A stretch of 24,369 nt of DNA, taken from NCBI GenBank assembly GCA_035297365.1, contig DATGZA010000080.1, positions 1 through 24,369 on the forward strand, in the 5' to 3' direction. The notes beneath the pieces were generated by a model, which made no database searches, was not told where the DNA came from, and was given only the letters and a program-made list of their open reading frames with translations. The translations under genes were made by a program, and so were the position numbers. This DNA comes from Nitrososphaeraceae archaeon. Lineage in GTDB: Archaea > Thermoproteota > Nitrososphaeria > Nitrososphaerales > Nitrososphaeraceae. How positions within the stretch are numbered: position 1 is the stretch's first letter; the number at the start of each line of letters is the position of its first letter. Positions 1-8,984 of the stretch are shown here, piece by piece.

Positions 1-158
1 ATGAATACATAGCAAAATATCCTACACCTGAAGAAGCATCAAAACACACCATGGAAGCCAAGGTCACAATGCGTCACTTTGAAGACGCAGTAAGAAAGGT
101 AAAGAATCAAAGAGAGATGAAACCTGGAACAAAGAGTGGACATGTACAATATGGATAA
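1..158 (+). CDS. cdc48: 3' end of CDC48/VCP-family AAA+ ATPase (truncated by window edge)
   Basis: Frame starting at nt 3 reads EYIAKYPTPEEASKHTMEAKVTMRHFEDAVRKVKNQREMKPGTKSGHVQYG*, stop TAA 156-158. VTMRHFEDAVRKV resembles the C-terminal lid helix of archaeal CDC48. Not in the ORF track. Confidence 0.7.
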   Translation, partial: EYIAKYPTPEEASKHTMEAKVTMRHFEDAVRKVKNQREMKPGTKSGHVQYG

Positions 159-184
159 CACGTCTAAATCAAAGCAAATAATTA

Positions 185-222
185 TCGATATTTTTTTATT
201 TCAAATGATTTTTTTTATATTT
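185..222 (+). terminator. probable oligo-T archaeal terminator after cdc48
   Basis: Two long T runs (around 191-197 and 209-216) 30-60 nt after the stop codon. Confidence 0.4.
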
Positions 223-290
223 CAAGTCAAATTCTAATATATTTCATTTTTTTATTACTTACCTAATCACCTTATTATTTATATTATTAT

Positions 291-302
291 CTTTATATAT
301 TA
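291..302 (+). promoter_or_regulatory. putative TATA box for tes
   Basis: CTTTATATAT about 40-50 nt upstream of ATG 341. The AT-rich context limits specificity. Confidence 0.35.
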
Positions 303-340
303 AGAGAATTTAGATCAATCGATTTATAGGAAGATAGATT

Positions 341-2047
341 ATGGAATTAATACAGATATCTAATGTTACGAAAAAGGTTTCTACAACTAAAAAAACCATC
401 AGATATACCCAAAGTATATGTCCAGATTGTAATATGATCTTAGATGCAGAAGTATTTGAAAGGGATGGTAAAGTCTTCATGACAAAGACGTGTCAATCAC
501 ATGGTGAATGCGAAGAATTGTACTTTGGTTCTGTTGATATGTACAAAAAGTTTAGTACTTATTGGAAAGATGGTAAAGGTGCTCATGCTCCCAATGTTAT
601 GGTAGATAAATGTGCATGTCCAACAAATTGTGGATTATGTACCAATCATTTATCACATTCTGGATTATCTAACATGATAGTCACCAACAGATGTGATTTG
701 ACATGTTGGTATTGTTTCTTTTATGTAAAAAAGGGCCTTGAAGGTGCATATCTCTATGAACCTAACTATGAACAAATTAGAGCCATGATGAAAACCCTTA
801 AAGCAGAAAGACCAATAGCAGGAAATTCAATTCAAATCACTGGTGGTGAACCAATGTTACGTGATGATATAACCGAAGTAATAAAAATTATGAAGGAAGA
901 AGGAGTAGATCATGTTCAATTAAATACTAATGGTATAAAGTTAGCAATGTCTCCAGAAACAATGCGTCAGGTAAGAACAGCTGGTGTAAGCAATCTTTAC
1001 CTTTCTTTTGATGGTGTTACCCCGCGAACTAATCCTAAAAACCATTGGGAGATACCATATACTCTTGAATCTGCACGAAAGTGTGGAATGACCGTGGTTT
1101 TTGTCCCAACTGTAATAAAATCTATAAACGATCATGAATTGGGGGGAATAATTAGGTATGCTCAGAAGAACATGGATGTTGTTCATGCAGTCAACTTCCA
1201 ACCTGTATCACTGACTGGTAGAATGAACAAAAAGGAACGAGAAAAATATAGGATAACAATCCCTGATTGTATTGAACGAATCGAAGAACAAACCAATGGT
1301 GAAATTTCAATAGATTCTTGGTTCCCAGTTCCATCTTGTATGCCAATGACTGATGTAATTGAAGCATTCAGTAAAAAACCAAAATACGAGTTATCTATTC
1401 ACTTTGCTTGTGGTGCAGGTACATATGTATTCGAAGATGTCCAAACTAAAAAATTAACTCCACTAACCTCTTTTGTAGATATTAAGGGCTTATTGGAATA
1501 CTTTGAAGAAAAGGCCGACGAAATACGTTCCGGTGCTAATAGATACTGGACAACGCTAGAAGTTGTACGTAAATTAAATCAATTTGTAGATAAAACAAAG
1601 CAACCTCATGGATTGAATTTAGCAAGGATGTTTTCTAGCATATTACTAAAACGTAATTTTGATGCAGTGGGTTCATGGCATGTTAGATCACTTTTCCTTG
1701 GAATGATGCATTTCCAAGATAAATATAATGAAGATTTAGAAAGATTACAAAGATGCGATATTCATTATTTGACACCCGATCTTAGAATAGTACCTTTCTG
1801 TGCATTCAATGTTATTCCAGAGTGGTATAGAGATAGAATTCAAAAGAAATATAGTATTCCAGTCGAAGAGTGGGAAAAAGCTCACGGTCAAACGTTAGAA
1901 GCTGGACTGTATCGAGGATTAATGAGACGTGGTAAACCAGAGGCACAAATGGGTTGCGCATTATCTGAAATGCACAAGGCCGCTGCAGAAAGTGAAATAG
2001 AAGATCATAAGGCGGTAGAATTAAGAAGCGGTATGGCCGGAGCATGA
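341..2047 (+). CDS. tes: Tetraether lipid synthase / GDGT macrocyclic archaeol synthase (radical SAM, MJ0619 family)
   Basis: N-terminal CPDC...CQSHG metal site, CPTNCGLC..H cluster motif, radical SAM CxxxCxxC (CDLTCWYC), TGGEP, HFACG, GMMHFQD and C-terminal CDIHY...VPFCAFN. This arrangement is typical of Tes. Confidence 0.88.
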   Translation: MELIQISNVTKKVSTTKKTIRYTQSICPDCNMILDAEVFERDGKVFMTKTCQSHGECEELYFGSVDMYKKFSTYWKDGKGAHAPNVMVDKCACPTNCGLCTNHLSHSGLSNMIVTNRCDLTCWYCFFYVKKGLEGAYLYEPNYEQIRAMMKTLKAERPIAGNSIQITGGEPMLRDDITEVIKIMKEEGVDHVQLNTNGIKLAMSPETMRQVRTAGVSNLYLSFDGVTPRTNPKNHWEIPYTLESARKCGMTVVFVPTVIKSINDHELGGIIRYAQKNMDVVHAVNFQPVSLTGRMNKKEREKYRITIPDCIERIEEQTNGEISIDSWFPVPSCMPMTDVIEAFSKKPKYELSIHFACGAGTYVFEDVQTKKLTPLTSFVDIKGLLEYFEEKADEIRSGANRYWTTLEVVRKLNQFVDKTKQPHGLNLARMFSSILLKRNFDAVGSWHVRSLFLGMMHFQDKYNEDLERLQRCDIHYLTPDLRIVPFCAFNVIPEWYRDRIQKKYSIPVEEWEKAHGQTLEAGLYRGLMRRGKPEAQMGCALSEMHKAAAESEIEDHKAVELRSGMAGA

Positions 2048-2179
2048 TATCATTTTAATCATTTTTTTTGAAGATTATCTCACAGCTATTGATTTTGTAC
2101 GTTTGATTCTCTAATTTATCTAATTTAATCATTTTTTATTCAATAAACTTTAATTTATGTATTATAATCGAATAATATT

Positions 2180-3043
2180 ATGTCTACCATGAAATATGTT
2201 CTTCTGGAACCTATGGGTGAAATTGCAATTATTAAGATCAACAGACCTGATGCATTAAATTCCATGAATCTTGATGTAATATGGGAATTATCTAAAACTA
2301 TTGATATTGTTGGGGCAGATGAGTCTATTAAGGCAGTTATTATAACAGGCTCTGGAGAAAGATCATTTTGTGCTGGAGCCGATATCGCTTATATGGTTAA
2401 TATCAATCCTGTAGAGGCAGAAAGGTATGCATCTTCTGCTCAATCAGTGTTGAACAAGATTGAAAAATTAGAAAAACCAGTAATCGCTGCTGTAAATGGT
2501 TTTGCTTTGGGTGGCGGATGTGAGTTAGCTCTCGTTTGTGATATTCGAATCGCTTCATCTAATGCAAAAATAGGACAACCAGAAGTAACAATAGGCATAC
2601 CCCCTGGCTGGGGTGGTACTCAAAGACTACTAAGAATAGTGGGACCATCCAAAGCGAAAGAATTGATTTTTACTGGAAAGATGATTAGTGCAGAAGAGGC
2701 TTATGAAATAGGATTAGTAAACATTTTAGTAAAATTAACTCATGAAGACACTATCCCAGATGAAGTACCTCAAAATGATGTAGTTAAGGTAAAGGAAAGA
2801 GAAAAAGAAATCGCAAAAGTTCTAAATACCAAGTTACTTAATCAAGCTATTTCTCTAACAAAGGAAATCACAAAGAACAGTTATAATGCTATCAAAGCTA
2901 GCAAGTTGCTAATTAACAAGGGTATGGACATGGATATTGATTCAGGCCTAAGAATGGAAATATATGCATGGGCACTATGTTTTGCACACGAAGATAGACA
3001 AAAACTTATGTCAGCATTTTTAAATAAAAGTAAAAAGAAGTAA
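2180..3043 (+). CDS. Enoyl-CoA hydratase (crotonase); probable 3-hydroxypropionyl-CoA dehydratase/crotonyl-CoA hydratase of the HP/HB cycle
   Basis: INRPDALN, FCAGADI, AVNGFALGGGCEL (first catalytic Glu), GQPEVTIG (second catalytic Glu), PGWGGTQRL. Pathway role inferred from the taxon. Confidence 0.85.
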   Translation: MSTMKYVLLEPMGEIAIIKINRPDALNSMNLDVIWELSKTIDIVGADESIKAVIITGSGERSFCAGADIAYMVNINPVEAERYASSAQSVLNKIEKLEKPVIAAVNGFALGGGCELALVCDIRIASSNAKIGQPEVTIGIPPGWGGTQRLLRIVGPSKAKELIFTGKMISAEEAYEIGLVNILVKLTHEDTIPDEVPQNDVVKVKEREKEIAKVLNTKLLNQAISLTKEITKNSYNAIKASKLLINKGMDMDIDSGLRMEIYAWALCFAHEDRQKLMSAFLNKSKKK

Positions 3044-3112
3044 AATTAGAACTAATGAATGATTAGCGATAATAGTCACTAATAAAAGATTCTAAATACA
3101 AAATAATCACTA

Positions 3113-4078
3113 TCAATATTCATTTGTTTGTATAACCTTTGCACCATCACTAGGTTTACATAGGTAAACCTCGCTTTTTATATTTGAATCATTAAATCCT
3201 TTTTCAATCGCATTAATGATCTTATCTGAATTTTTGTCCGTTTTTAGTATTGCTACAATTGATGGACCCGCACCACTAATGGTGAAAGCTAATGCACCTG
3301 CATTAAGAGCATATTGTTTCACAACATCATATCCTGGAATCAGTTTGTTTCTCACAGGCTCTACTATCGTATCTTCCATACCTCTAGAAATCATTTCTAC
3401 ATCCTTTAAAGCAAATCCCGCAACTATGGTGCTAGCATTAGCTATGTTTTTAATAACATTTTCTAATGGCACATTTTGTGGAAGTATATTTCTTGCAGCT
3501 TCTGTCTTTTTTTTTGGTACTGGTATCTTTGGTATTCCTACTACAATATTGAGATCATTTGGTGGTTCAATTTTTATTAAATCAATTTTTGGAAAAGTTC
3601 TTACTATTACAAATCCCCCTAGCAATGAGCATGCAACATTGTCATAATGTTTGGTACCTGCAGAAGCGATCTCTCCTTCGGCCGCGTACTCCACCAACCT
3701 CTTCTTGTCAAGTTGTAGAGCAAATAATTTATTAAATGCATATGCCGCGGCAACTGAAGAAGCAGCACTACTACCAATTCCATAACCTGCTGGCACACAT
3801 TTTTTAATCTCTATTTCTATATCATTTTGTATCCTAAAATCTTCCGCCATTTTTTTAACTACAATGCTAGAAGAATTATGTTCTATTTCTATGGGAATTT
3901 TTGGTTCTGATTGTATAATCTTATTTATTATAATTTTCTGATTCTTTGATTGTTTCTTTATCACTTTAATCTCATCTTCAAATAGGTTTAAGGCCAATCC
4001 AAAAGTATCAAATCCCGGACCAAGATTAGCTGTGGAAGAAGGTGCAGTAGCAATACAGAAACTTTCTGTCATGGTCAA
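3113..4078 (-). CDS. thrB: Homoserine kinase (GHMP family)
   Basis: PSSTANLGPGFD, VPAGYGIGSSAAS, HYDNVA, ISGAGPS. The real start may be the ATG at 4072. Confidence 0.93.
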   Translation of the reverse strand: MTMTESFCIATAPSSTANLGPGFDTFGLALNLFEDEIKVIKKQSKNQKIIINKIIQSEPKIPIEIEHNSSSIVVKKMAEDFRIQNDIEIEIKKCVPAGYGIGSSAASSVAAAYAFNKLFALQLDKKRLVEYAAEGEIASAGTKHYDNVACSLLGGFVIVRTFPKIDLIKIEPPNDLNIVVGIPKIPVPKKKTEAARNILPQNVPLENVIKNIANASTIVAGFALKDVEMISRGMEDTIVEPVRNKLIPGYDVVKQYALNAGALAFTISGAGPSIVAILKTDKNSDKIINAIEKGFNDSNIKSEVYLCKPSDGAKVIQTNEY

Positions 4079-4833
4079 TATTGAATTTCTTCCCCTTGAT
4101 TAAGTATTCTTGATAATGTGGCAGATAGATCTATAAATCCATTCATGGTTAAATTTGAGACTGCAATCAACTCATTACCCAGAGCATTTTCAGAAAGATT
4201 TCTAATAATATCCTTGCTAAGTAATGAAAACTCATAATCATTTTCTTTATCTAATGCTTCCCTTAGAGCTGAATCAGAAGATGACCATTCTAAAATATTC
4301 TCTAAATCATTCAAAATTAAATCTTTTTTTGATAATACGTTAATCTGAGGTGTTCTTAATCTTAGATTAATTGATGCAGATAAAAGTGATAGCGATACAA
4401 AATTTATTGGTGAGGAAACCAAAACCCCATCCATCAAAAATACTGTTGCCTTATTTTCTGAATTAATATTAGCAACAATATAAGGTCCACTGGATCGATA
4501 GGAAAAAAGTTCGATTTGACCAGGAGTATCGACTAATACGTAATCTGGACTTAATCTGTCTATCTCTGTTTGCATCTCTCCGATCTTTGTCGCAGCCAAA
4601 TCATATGCCATGATTATCGAGCCATTTGGTCCCAAACTATATGTCTCTTTTATCTCATTGATATCTATGTAATCTCGAATGTCTATATCTGGATTGTATG
4701 GTAAATTTTCTACTGCCGGATCCAAATTCAGTGTAATCGATAAATTGTCACGATCTTTATACCATTGGTCAAGTCTAGAAGTTAATAATGACTTTCCAGA
4801 GCCAGCAGTTCCAGTAATAAAAATCGTATTCAT
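4075..4833 (-). CDS. GPN-loop GTPase
   Basis: Walker A GTAGSGKS, NLDPA, LGPNG signature, DTPGQIE, SKKD G4-like motif. Abuts thrB. Confidence 0.92.
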   Translation of the reverse strand: MNTIFITGTAGSGKSLLTSRLDQWYKDRDNLSITLNLDPAVENLPYNPDIDIRDYIDINEIKETYSLGPNGSIIMAYDLAATKIGEMQTEIDRLSPDYVLVDTPGQIELFSYRSSGPYIVANINSENKATVFLMDGVLVSSPINFVSLSLLSASINLRLRTPQINVLSKKDLILNDLENILEWSSSDSALREALDKENDYEFSLLSKDIIRNLSENALGNELIAVSNLTMNGFIDLSATLSRILNQGEEIQY

Positions 4834-4989
4834 ATGAAATTATTCTTTAATTTTCAAATATCAGCATTTTAATTAATATCTTCCTATAGGATATTTTGTA
4901 TGATGTAATAGTAAAATCAATTAATCAAAAATTATATTATTAAATTGATTGATTATTATATACCTAAATTAGTTTACTGATTAGAGATA

Positions 4990-6027
4990 TTGAACTGGCG
5001 GTTCATAGCGATTATTGTTAGTCTTCTTCCTGTGATTTTATTGTTCATTTTCTCTCCGATATCAATAAATGACATCTTTAGTGTTGGATTGATTCCTTTT
5101 ATCCTTTCGGTCATCTTTAGTTTAGGGAAGATATTTTTACAATCATATAGATTTAAATATTTTGTGGACAATTTTTTAGGATATAAAATCTCTTCTACCT
5201 CCAAACTTATGTCAATAAGAGTAGGCAGTGAATTCGTTACCAACACAACTCCTTCATATGTTGGTGGAGAAATTATTAGAATTGCTTGGTTGACTCGAAA
5301 TAATGTTCCTGCTGGTATATCTGCATGGATTGCTACAATGGAAATAATTGCTGATGTATTTGTTGGAACGACTCTTGCATTGATTGCAGGAATAATCGCC
5401 CTCTATCATGGGGCAACATTGATAGGTCTTATCACAATTTTCGTCTCTCTTTTAGTTTTAGGTTTTTGGTTACTGGTAGTTATTTTTTCAGCCAAATATA
5501 ACATTCAATTACCTAATTTTGTTACAAAATTAATTAAAAGGTTTTTGTCTCAGGAAAGATCAGATAAAATTATCAATTACACAAATTCTGCTATCGGCGA
5601 CCTCTGTACTATGAGCAAAGAAAATTTTAACTCCTCAAAAACATTCAAGATTTTCTTTGTTGGTATTTTTCTTACATTTTTAGCATTTGTATGTCACGGA
5701 GCGTCCTTTTTGATTTTAGGAGAATTGGTAGAATCCAATTTGGGATTATTTGATTCAATACTAGCGACTGCTGCTTCGACCCAGCTAGGCAGTTTACCAA
5801 TAACTGTTGGAGGTTCAGGGATAACAGAATTGGGTCTTTGGGCGTATGTTTCTGGTCTTAATCATATACCATCATTAAATGATGTTTTAGGAGATTCCCA
5901 TTTAAAAGTAATAATATCTTGGAGGATTGCCTCTTATCATATTCCATTGATTATAATGTGGATTTTCTTGATGAGAATAACAGTCGATAAGGGGATTACA
6001 TCTAAAAAAAGGAAATTATCTGAATGA
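4990..6027 (+). CDS. UPF0104 / lysylphosphatidylglycerol-synthase-TM (flippase-like) membrane protein
   Basis: Multiple hydrophobic segments; NTTPSYVGGEIIR, LPITVGGSGITE and WRIASY are typical of this family. Confidence 0.8.
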   Translation: MNWRFIAIIVSLLPVILLFIFSPISINDIFSVGLIPFILSVIFSLGKIFLQSYRFKYFVDNFLGYKISSTSKLMSIRVGSEFVTNTTPSYVGGEIIRIAWLTRNNVPAGISAWIATMEIIADVFVGTTLALIAGIIALYHGATLIGLITIFVSLLVLGFWLLVVIFSAKYNIQLPNFVTKLIKRFLSQERSDKIINYTNSAIGDLCTMSKENFNSSKTFKIFFVGIFLTFLAFVCHGASFLILGELVESNLGLFDSILATAASTQLGSLPITVGGSGITELGLWAYVSGLNHIPSLNDVLGDSHLKVIISWRIASYHIPLIIMWIFLMRITVDKGITSKKRKLSE

Positions 6028-6147
6028 GTATTAAACCAGGAAAATAGTTTCTAGTTTCAAAAGAAAATGAAAAAAAACAAAATTTGAAATACAAAATAAT
6101 TTTTAAAGTATTGAATTTTATATATCCATATTGAACTATTACATTCC

Positions 6148-6585
6148 CTAAGCTTCATCATCAATATCTGTAGGCTCTTTAATTGCTTCTTCAGATTCAA
6201 CATCCATCAGTTGTAATTCAATTAATTCAAATTGATAAATGTGATCCATTTCTAACATATATTGCATCTTAAGAAATTCTCTAGTCTTTTCACTAAGTTT
6301 TCCCTTTGACATTTTTATCTTAAATTCATAAACAAATCCTTTCATACAATCGGAAATATCTTGAGATTTTGGAATCTCAATTCCCTCAATAATGGTTCGA
6401 CCATCAGGTATTGATTCATATAATTGTATGTCTAATTTATTATCATTGTAATATGTTTCTAGTATATATCCAGTCCTATTTAGTATTTCAGATTCAGCTA
6501 ATTCGATAGATCTTATTTCATCCTCCACCCATTGAGGAATTCCTTCTCTTTCTGATGTTTTGCTTGAGCTTTTGGTTCTCGGCAT
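6148..6585 (-). CDS. Acidic hypothetical protein (145 aa)
   Basis: ATG start, protein-like composition, acidic C-terminal tail. No recognisable motif. Confidence 0.75.
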   Translation of the reverse strand: MPRTKSSSKTSEREGIPQWVEDEIRSIELAESEILNRTGYILETYYNDNKLDIQLYESIPDGRTIIEGIEIPKSQDISDCMKGFVYEFKIKMSKGKLSEKTREFLKMQYMLEMDHIYQFELIELQLMDVESEEAIKEPTDIDDEA

Positions 6586-6639
6586 TTTATTTATTATTAG
6601 AATATTTAACTAGATAAAAGTTTTCCATATGATAATCAA

Positions 6640-7320
6640 GTTTCTCAAGAGTAAATCTTAGAATATTCTTCTAATAGCCTATTTTCTTATATTTTGCTAA
6701 TATACCTATAATTTAATCTTGTTCTTGTCTAATTAAAATAATTGCTTATCAGCCGTGATATATTGTTCAATTTTATTTGATAAATATCTCATATTTCTTG
6801 TCTAAGAAATTCACTTATATTTGTGTGAAATAATCTGCATTTCTACTTATTTCTCTGAGAATCCATTTTATATTCTGATTTTCAAATTTCTCTACTAATT
6901 TGCTACATATTTCATAGAAGATTCTAAATTTTTCAGATCCGCTTTATATTTTCCAATCAACTGAATAATAATTAATTAAAGTCTCATCTGATTCGTATGA
7001 ATGTTTTATCGTATTTTTTATTTAGCATAACTCTACTAATTTTACTACTTGTGTATACTCTTCAACATTATTGAAGCCTTTGAAAAATGTTCGTAAGCAA
7101 TGTACGCTTTCTCATAAACAATAGAAAAATTTTTGTTATTTTTTAGCATTATAAAACCATACCAGAATGTCTGTTCGGAGTTATAAGAATTGCACCTCCC
7201 ATCAAAATAGTCTACAAAATACTCGATTAGATCCATAGAATAACACATCGAAAATTTTCAAGGATATTTTCAATGATGAATATAAATTTCATTTTTAAAA
7301 ACTTCCTTGGAGAAACGCAT
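6640..7320 (-). pseudogene. Possible eroded gene remnant
   Basis: The minus strand carries successive short protein-like fragments: MRFSKEVFKNEIYIHH*, the 67-aa ORF 7045-7248, and FYEICSKLVEKFENQNIKWILREISRNADYFTQI*. No family recognised. Confidence 0.25.
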
Positions 7321-7338
7321 ATTATCTTTTGCTGATTC

Positions 7339-7902
7339 TTACTTCTTGTTTATAATTTCGGCTAAATGCTTAATATCATTTTCAAAATCCAAAATCAGAT
7401 TTCTATTATAAATTGTAGCTGCAGGATGGTATGTTATAAAATAATCTATCCCATTCTTTCTTAAAATTTTTCCTCTATGTTGACTTATTGATTTGATATC
7501 TAGAATATAAGAGCCTGCAACGTTTCCCAATATACATATTATTTTTGGTTTTAAAAGATTGATTTGTCTAGCAAGATATTTTGAACATGTATCTTTCTCA
7601 TTATTCTTAGGTTGTCTGTTATTTGGAGGTTTACATTTTACAATATTTGTAATAAATACATCTTCAATATCAATACCACATTTCATTAAAGTTTTTCTCA
7701 GGATCATTCCTGCCATACCCACAAATGGTCTTCCACTTTGATCTTCATTAAATCCTGGAGCTTCCCCTATGATCATTAACTTTTTTCTAAATTCTCCTTC
7801 GCCGGGTACTGCATTCTTTCTAGTATCTGAAAGTGTACATAAGGTACATATTTTAATCTCATTTGCTATTTTATCCATTGTATCAGTATTAACATAATCC
7901 AT
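7339..7902 (-). CDS. udg: Uracil-DNA glycosylase family 4 (Fe-S)
   Basis: CTLC, GEAPGFNED..GRPFVG, NIVKCKPPNNR, C-terminal YHPAA motif. Confidence 0.93.
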   Translation of the reverse strand: MDYVNTDTMDKIANEIKICTLCTLSDTRKNAVPGEGEFRKKLMIIGEAPGFNEDQSGRPFVGMAGMILRKTLMKCGIDIEDVFITNIVKCKPPNNRQPKNNEKDTCSKYLARQINLLKPKIICILGNVAGSYILDIKSISQHRGKILRKNGIDYFITYHPAATIYNRNLILDFENDIKHLAEIINKK

Positions 7903-8273
7903 TATATCTTTTAGAAATTAGAATATCTCTTTAATGTTATATTAAATATTCTTTTTACTATCTTTTAGATTTATATCAAAATCGAAAACTATTAGACATG
8001 TAATTCCTTATGTTACACAACTTGGACAAATGGCGACCTTGATAATATGGTGTTATTTTAGCATAGATATTTTTGTAATGGATTATTGAGATTTATGATT
8101 AGACTTGTAATAGATAAATCGATCATAAATCATATTTAAACCGTAGCAATAAATAGAATATTTTCTACACAGTCACGTGAATCTTACATAAATATTATTC
8201 TTATTTGCATATAGCATCCTCTAGATATCTGTTCCTATTTTAGAATATTTCGCAATGGATATAAAGACTCAAA

Positions 8274-8969
8274 TTGGTTCGAGAATTACATCGAAATGTG
8301 ATTATAGATAATTGTTTTTTTCCAGATGATCTTCTCTATGATATGGAAAATTTTGTCTGGGTTGATATTTCTAATAAAAACTCCATAAAGTTAGGTATAA
8401 CTCAAATAATGTCGTCTATATCTGGCAGAGTGTTCTCTGTTAAATTAAAAGAAAAAAATGTCATTATTGCAAAGGGAAAAAGTGTCGGATCAATTGAAAG
8501 TTTAAAATATTTTGGAATAATAAGATCTCCAATTTCTGGGAAAATAGAAACTGGGAATAACAGAATCATTGAAAAACCGAAATTAGTGAATGATAGTCCT
8601 TACGAACAAGGTTGGTTTGTAACAATTTATCCTACAAATTTAGAAAATGAATTAAAATATCTAAATAACGCAAACGAATGTCGTGAACAATTCAAAATAA
8701 TAATAAAAGATCTGAATGTTCGTTGTTTCAAGTATTTTCCAGACTACGAATTATATGAAATCGGATCGGAATGCGTCGCGACACTCATGAAATTAGATGA
8801 TTTGTTATTAAGAATTAAGGTTGGTGAAATAGTATATTTAGTTTCAGATGATGTGACAGCAGATATTGAGGTTGAAAGATGGTCATTGGAAAATTCCCAA
8901 TCCGTTGTTGACATCAGAAAAGAGAAAAATCTTTTTCATTTTTTGATACGAAAAGAAAAAGATATTTAA
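8274..8969 (+). CDS. Lipoyl-carrier (GcvH/LbpA-like) domain fused to a C-terminal TusA/SirA-like domain
   Basis: aa ~9-150: CFFPDDLLYD..FVW, LGIT, IESLK (lipoyl Lys78), SPISG, VNDSPYEQGW. aa ~155-231: LYEIGSEC...GEIVYLVSDD...ERW...FHFLIRK, matching the TusA pattern. The start is possibly GTG 8298. Confidence 0.8.
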   Translation: MVRELHRNVIIDNCFFPDDLLYDMENFVWVDISNKNSIKLGITQIMSSISGRVFSVKLKEKNVIIAKGKSVGSIESLKYFGIIRSPISGKIETGNNRIIEKPKLVNDSPYEQGWFVTIYPTNLENELKYLNNANECREQFKIIIKDLNVRCFKYFPDYELYEIGSECVATLMKLDDLLLRIKVGEIVYLVSDDVTADIEVERWSLENSQSVVDIRKEKNLFHFLIRKEKDI

Positions 8970-8984
8970 AACTTCTATTGTATT

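Noticed and set aside
941-2045. Minus-strand ORFs 941-1201 and 1812-2045
   Set aside because: Antisense shadows of tes with no motifs.
3216-5246. ORFs 3216-3647 (+) and 4974-5246 (-)
   Set aside because: Antisense to thrB and to the UPF0104 gene; shadow frames.
7559-7741. 60-aa plus-strand ORF
   Set aside because: Antisense inside udg.
7999-8180. TGTAA-N9-TTACA (~7999-8017) and TCACGTGA (8173-8180) palindromes between udg and the fusion gene
   Set aside because: Short single occurrences in AT-rich DNA; cannot be distinguished from chance without comparative data.
8274-8969. Calling this gene gcvH of a glycine cleavage system
   Set aside because: Extra TusA-like domain, LbpA-like cysteines and no gcvP/gcvT in the window.
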